64,000 bases of DNA, taken from the NCBI GenBank assembly GCA_965226375.1, contig CBDDCX010000008.1:1792001-1856000 (forward strand), given 5' to 3'. A program made the translations under genes and the position numbers. The DNA is from Longimicrobiales bacterium. Its GTDB lineage: Bacteria; Gemmatimonadota; Gemmatimonadetes; Longimicrobiales; Gaopeijiaceae. The notes under the pieces were generated by a model. It was not told where the DNA came from and searched no databases. It worked only from the letters and a program-made list of their open reading frames with translations. Position 1 is the first letter of the stretch; each line of letters opens with the position of its first letter. Below are positions 59,203 through 64,000 of the stretch, piece after piece.

Positions 59203-60366
59203 ATGTCCCGTATCGCCTTGGCATTCGTTGCCGCCGGTCTCTCCCTGTCAGTCGCAACCACCGCTCAGGGCCAAGCGTCGGTCTACCGCTCCGCTCTCCA
59301 CGACTTCCAGTTGGTGACCGTTGCGGATGGACTCGTGCATCCATGGTCTATGGCGTTCCTTCCGGGCGGCGACATGCTGATCACAGAGCGGCCCGGGCGG
59401 CTTCGGATCGTGCGGAACGGGACGCTGCTCTTCGACCCGGTGCCCGGAGTGCCCGAGGTATTGGCAGAGGGTCAGGGCGGACTCCTCGACGTGATGCCAC
59501 ACCCGGACTTCGCGTCCAACCACCTCCTCTACCTGAGCTACTCGAAACCCATCGGCGACGGGTCCAGCGCCACGACGGCGGTGGTCCGGGGGACGTTCGA
59601 GGACGATCGCCTCAGCAACGTCGAAGAGATTTTCGAGGCCGCTTCGAGAGGACGCGGCCACTACGGCTCACGACTCGCATTCGACGGCAACGGCCATCTA
59701 TTCATCAGCGTAGGTGACCGCCAAGCACCGTCCACGGGCGATCTGGAGGCCCATCCCGCGCAGGATCGGTCGAACAACCACGGCACCATCAATCGGATCA
59801 ACGACGACGGGAGTATTCCGGATGACAATCCGTTCGTGGGTGAATCCGATATCCGTCCGGAGATCTGGAGCTACGGGCACAGGAACCCACAGGGGCTCAT
59901 CATCCATCCGGAGACCGGCGACATCTGGGCCACCGAGCACGGCCCCCAGGGAGGCGACGAACTGAACCTCATCCGTCCTGGCGTAAACTACGGATGGCCG
60001 GTCGTGGGGTACGGTGTGAACTACGGGAGCGGATCCGTGATCCACGAAGGCACCCTTCGGGACGGCATCCAACCGCCGATCCACTTCTGGGTGCCCTCCA
60101 TCGCGACCGCCGGCATGATGGTCTATACCGGTGACCGGTTCCCGGCATGGCGCGGCAACATCTTCGTAGGAGGGATGGCCGGTCAGCAGCTCGCTCGCCT
60201 GACCATGGACGGCCAGGTCGTAGAGGTCGAGGAGACCCTACTCAATGGGTTGGGCCGGATTCGCGACGTCCGCCAGGGACGGGACGGATACATCTACGTG
60301 GCGGTCGAGGACCGAGGGGGAGCACCTACCGCCGTCTATCGGATGGAACCGGCCGGCGCGCGGTAA
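59203..60366 (+). CDS. PQQ-dependent sugar dehydrogenase (GSDH family)
   Basis: HPWSMAF, GQGGLLD, GHRNPQG, EHGPQGGDE, NYGWP, RIRDV. Confidence 0.93.
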   Translation: MSRIALAFVAAGLSLSVATTAQGQASVYRSALHDFQLVTVADGLVHPWSMAFLPGGDMLITERPGRLRIVRNGTLLFDPVPGVPEVLAEGQGGLLDVMPHPDFASNHLLYLSYSKPIGDGSSATTAVVRGTFEDDRLSNVEEIFEAASRGRGHYGSRLAFDGNGHLFISVGDRQAPSTGDLEAHPAQDRSNNHGTINRINDDGSIPDDNPFVGESDIRPEIWSYGHRNPQGLIIHPETGDIWATEHGPQGGDELNLIRPGVNYGWPVVGYGVNYGSGSVIHEGTLRDGIQPPIHFWVPSIATAGMMVYTGDRFPAWRGNIFVGGMAGQQLARLTMDGQVVEVEETLLNGLGRIRDVRQGRDGYIYVAVEDRGGAPTAVYRMEPAGAR

Positions 60367-60383
60367 GCGCCGGCCAGGGGTTA

Positions 60384-61382
60384 TCATCCCCCTTCGACCA
60401 CACAGAGCCGGGCGAAGTCCTCAGGGATGGGTACATCCATCTGCTCCTGTGACCAGCTGCTCGGAAGCCGCACATGCAGAACCTCAGGCAGTCCATCTTT
60501 CGCTCTGAAGGAGATCTTGAACCCATCGGGCTCCCCAAGTTCGCCGGCCCCCTCTGACCCGTTCCTGAGCCCCTTCTGGAAGTCCCTCGGCCTATACTGC
60601 TCGTACGCGTAACCGTTTCTCCCCATGTGGGCCACGTTCGCGAGTTGCCGTCCTTCCTTCAACGGATAATACCGCCGAACCGATAGCGTGGATTGGGATA
60701 AGTTCTGTCCATAACGACGGTGTACGACGCGGACCACGGCGTCCATGTCATCCTCGGGAATGTGGTCCTTGAGGCGTCCGATCTCCTCTTCGTCTTCAAA
60801 GAATTTCGGGTACCGGCTGGGCTTCAGGTGCCGAAGCTCCCGCGAGCCCATCTCGAACGTGTGCTTCTTCCCGTATTGATCATGGCACTCGAGCCGCAGC
60901 CTGAGGCCACTCACATCCGTGATCGGTCCGGTGCCCTGGAAGTCGAGCCGGAGTGAGACGCCCTGGTTGGGAATGCCCGACGCCTGCGGCGATAGCATGA
61001 TCGGGCACACGTCGGCGCCGACCCATTCGTGAAGGATCTCGTTGTGATGACTCGGCGTCCCGCCGGCACCGCCGTAGTCGGTCCTGGTTCGCATCCGCTC
61101 CGAGAGTCGCTTTCCGTGCACGCCTCCATCGAGCCATCCGTCGCCGAGGTTAGCCGAAACATCCAACCGGATCACCGTGTTCGGCTTGTCGCTGAGGTTG
61201 GTGACGATGAAGTCGGCGTCCGTGTAGACGTGCAGCGTGTTGAAGTCGTCGTCGACGACCAGCCGCTCGGGAGCGAAGCGGAAGATCTCGAGCTTCGGGC
61301 GCCGCCCCACACGTGTGGCGATGAACGTGTAGATGGAAAGGACGAAGCCGATGACAGCGATGACGAACGTGACGTTTTGCAT
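60384..61382 (-). CDS. Hypothetical protein with N-terminal TM
   Basis: 332 aa ORF, GGAGG RBS, no recognised motif. Confidence 0.7.
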   Translation of the reverse strand: MQNVTFVIAVIGFVLSIYTFIATRVGRRPKLEIFRFAPERLVVDDDFNTLHVYTDADFIVTNLSDKPNTVIRLDVSANLGDGWLDGGVHGKRLSERMRTRTDYGGAGGTPSHHNEILHEWVGADVCPIMLSPQASGIPNQGVSLRLDFQGTGPITDVSGLRLRLECHDQYGKKHTFEMGSRELRHLKPSRYPKFFEDEEEIGRLKDHIPEDDMDAVVRVVHRRYGQNLSQSTLSVRRYYPLKEGRQLANVAHMGRNGYAYEQYRPRDFQKGLRNGSEGAGELGEPDGFKISFRAKDGLPEVLHVRLPSSWSQEQMDVPIPEDFARLCVVEGG

Positions 61383-61412
61383 CAGGCCTCCCGACCGATG
61401 TGCAGCCGAAGC

Positions 61413-62159
61413 CTACGACCCGGCCCCACCAGCACGTGCGTGCAGCGCGAACGAAGCGCCCTGCGGGTCCATGCACTGCGCAACCCGGTCCCCGTCGGGC
61501 ACGTCCATGGGCCCATTGAGCACCTGACCGCCCAACGACTTCAGGGTCTTGATCGCCGCATCCAGGTCGGGCACGGTGACGTAGAGCAGCCAATGTGGAG
61601 AGGCAGGGATCTCCGCATGCAGGTTGTACATTCCCCCGAGCTCGTGCTCTCCGATCCCGTACATCTGGTACGTACCCTGTTCTCCCATCTCCATGGCGGT
61701 GGTCTTCTCCCACCCGAACAGGGCGGAGTAGAAGTCGAAGCCGGCCTCGTGGTCGGAGGTGGTCAACTCGTGCCAGGAGAACTCGCCCACGCCGGCAGGC
61801 CCCTCACGCCCGGGGGGATCGCGTAGCACGGCCATGCGCCCCACCTCCGGGACGCTCATGGGTTCCATCAGGACCTGGCCGCCGAGCCCCTTGGCCTGCT
61901 CAACGGTCGCATCCGTGTCGGGAGTCGAGACATAACCCAGCCAATGGGGCGGAGTGCCCGCGGCTCGGGCCTCTTCGGGAAGATCCATGATGCCCGCTAC
62001 CGGGGCCTCGCCAACGGTGAACATGGTATAGGGCGGATCGGAGCCTTCCCAATCCTGAACATTCCATCCGACCACCTTCTTGTAGAAGTCGATCGTAGGG
62101 CCCTTGTCCACGGTCAGCATCTCGTACCAGACGAACCGTCCATGCGGTGACTCGGCCAT
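61413..62159 (-). CDS. Two-domain VOC/glyoxalase family protein (apparent short in-frame deletion)
   Basis: GRFVWYEM, PPHWLGYV, GEFSWHEL, MDPQGASFAL. Confidence 0.85.
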   Translation of the reverse strand: MAESPHGRFVWYEMLTVDKGPTIDFYKKVVGWNVQDWEGSDPPYTMFTVGEAPVAGIMDLPEEARAAGTPPHWLGYVSTPDTDATVEQAKGLGGQVLMEPMSVPEVGRMAVLRDPPGREGPAGVGEFSWHELTTSDHEAGFDFYSALFGWEKTTAMEMGEQGTYQMYGIGEHELGGMYNLHAEIPASPHWLLYVTVPDLDAAIKTLKSLGGQVLNGPMDVPDGDRVAQCMDPQGASFALHARAGGAGS

Positions 62160-62427
62160 TGCTTGTCCTCCCGTCCGCATAGCAACCACGGGTCGGGCCA
62201 CGCGGGGGCGGGCGGACCCGGAAAGGACGTCAATAATGCGCGCGGCCAGGTCTTCCGGCCAGCGTGCAGCACTACCTACCCCGCTCCTTCGGGACCAGGC
62301 TGACAACCCGGGTTCGGCGGGGGTGGCGTCGGTGACGACCCACGGGCATGATGACTGCCACCTCGCGCCCGGATCGAGACGGTGCGACGCGATCAGCCAC
62401 GGGGCCAAACTCGTACGCGGAGGACGC

Positions 62428-63183
62428 ATGGAAGGGGCCGCAGGCCAAATGAACGGGCGTGTCGCGTTGGTCACGGGAGCGGCCAGGGGCATGGGCAAGG
62501 CAATCGCCCTGCGCCTGACCCAACTCGGGGCGTCCGTGGCGCTGAACGACCTCGATCCGGAGATCACCAGTGAGGCTGCCCTGGAACTGGGTGAAGACGT
62601 CCTGACGGTCCCTGCCGACGTCACCTCAACCGACAGCGTCCGACAGATGGTCGCGACCACCCTGGACCACTTCGGGCGACTCGACATCCTGGTGAACAAC
62701 GCGGGTATTCTCTTCCCGACACGGCTCGAGAAGATCTCGGAGCAAGAGTGGCGAAAAACCCTCGATGTGAACCTCACAGGGGCCTTCTTTTGCATTCAGG
62801 CCGCGATCAGTTCGATGAAAGAACGGGGGTACGGGCGCATAGTGAATCTCGCCTCCACGGCCGGGAAGACGGTGAGCACCCTGGGCGGGGCCCACTACAC
62901 GGCGTCCAAGCACGGCGTCCTCGGCCTGACCCGCGCCTGTGCCCTCGAGTTGGCGCCCCACGGCATCACCGTCAACGCCGTGTGTCCGGGCCTCATCGAC
63001 ACCGAGATGGCACACGAAAATACCACGCCGGAAAGGCTCGAGGGGTATCGCTCCAGCTTTCCCATCGACCGACTCGGGCGCCCCGAAGAGGTAGCTGACC
63101 TGGTCTGCTTCCTGGCGTCCGACAGGGCCGGGTACATCACCGGCTCCGCCTACGACATCGCCGGCGGCGATCTCATGGTATAG
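62428..63183 (+). CDS. SDR family oxidoreductase
   Basis: TGAARGMG, NNAG, YTASK. Confidence 0.94.
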   Translation: MEGAAGQMNGRVALVTGAARGMGKAIALRLTQLGASVALNDLDPEITSEAALELGEDVLTVPADVTSTDSVRQMVATTLDHFGRLDILVNNAGILFPTRLEKISEQEWRKTLDVNLTGAFFCIQAAISSMKERGYGRIVNLASTAGKTVSTLGGAHYTASKHGVLGLTRACALELAPHGITVNAVCPGLIDTEMAHENTTPERLEGYRSSFPIDRLGRPEEVADLVCFLASDRAGYITGSAYDIAGGDLMV

Positions 63184-63195
63184 GACGGGAGGGCC

Positions 63196-64000
63196 ATGCA
63201 ACTGGTCACGGCGGACTGGGTGGTGGTGGCCGTCTACGGGACCATCACGCTCACGATCGGCTTCTGGTTCACCCGTCGGGCAGGCCAGAGCGTAGAGGAG
63301 TACTTCATAGCCGGCCGCACCCTTCCCTGGTGGGTAGCCGGCACATCGATCGCGGCCACCTGGTTCGCGACCGACGCGCCCCTGGCCACCGCGTCCCTCG
63401 TCCGCCAGAGGGGCATCTATGCCAACTGGCTGTGGTGGTACGAGGCGGCCGGGATCATGCTCCTGGTCTTCTTCTACGCTCGGCTTTGGCGGAGAGCAGC
63501 CATCCTCACCGACGCCGAGTTCATCGAGCTGCGCTATTCGGGTCGCCCGGCATCCTTTCTTCGGGGCTTCTCGGCCCTCTACCAGGGACTTCTCAAGAAC
63601 TGCGTGGTCATGGGATGGGTGATGCTGGCGATGGTGAAGTTCAGCCAGGTCCTCTTGGGTTGGGACGCCGGACTCACCCTGGTCGTGTGCGTGTCGCTGG
63701 CGCTGGTCTACACGGTCGCTTCGGGTCTCTGGGGCGTGGTGGTCACCGACCTGTTGCAGTTCGTGGCCGGCATGACGGGCTCGCTGGTACTGGCAGGGCT
63801 CGTGCTTGTTCGGCTGGGGGGTCCCCGCGCCATGGCCGACGGCATACGGGCGCTCCCCGACGCCCCACCCGGCACCCTCGACATCCTTCCCAGCGCCGCG
63901 CATTTGAGCCCCTTGGAGTTCGCCTCGTTCCTTTGTCTCATCCTCTTCCTGTGGACGAGGAGCGGACAGGGCGACGGTTACCTGGCCCAGCGACTCTTCG
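63196..64000 (+). CDS. Sodium:solute symporter family protein (runs off the window end)
   Basis: Manual translation MQLVTADW..EEYFIAGRTLPWWVAGTSIAATWFATDAPL..LTDAEFIELRYSG..SGLWGVVVTD; absent from the ORF track because no stop lies in the window. Confidence 0.9.
   Translation, partial: MQLVTADWVVVAVYGTITLTIGFWFTRRAGQSVEEYFIAGRTLPWWVAGTSIAATWFATDAPLATASLVRQRGIYANWLWWYEAAGIMLLVFFYARLWRRAAILTDAEFIELRYSGRPASFLRGFSALYQGLLKNCVVMGWVMLAMVKFSQVLLGWDAGLTLVVCVSLALVYTVASGLWGVVVTDLLQFVAGMTGSLVLAGLVLVRLGGPRAMADGIRALPDAPPGTLDILPSAAHLSPLEFASFLCLILFLWTRSGQGDGYLAQRLF

Overview
GC-rich bacterial chromosomal window. The gene content (SusC/SusD pair, ADOP-type permease with PadR, LVIVD and choice-of-anchor B propellers, many secreted peptidases) suggests Gemmatimonadota or a similar lineage; this is inference, as no marker gene is present. 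About 50 CDSs cover secreted peptidases, transporters, an arcA-argF/arcB arginine deiminase unit and sulfonate-related enzymes. The mobile load is heavy: three apparently identical IS3-family copies with unusual CGCAC junctions, a second IS3-family element inside a c-type cytochrome gene, an IS481-like remnant, a 160-bp CTAG-flanked MITE and a complete class IIC group II intron just after the SusD terminator. Many genes are broken by insertions, deletions or homopolymer frameshifts. Best candidate for an undescribed system: a CAZyme-free SusC/SusD locus with three paralogous secreted beta-propellers sharing a four-His motif set (likely metalloenzymes), followed by pnuC. Also notable: a protease next to a free-standing copy of its own N-terminal domain. 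No rRNA, tRNA or CRISPR array was seen. Family calls come from motif recognition by eye, not database searches.
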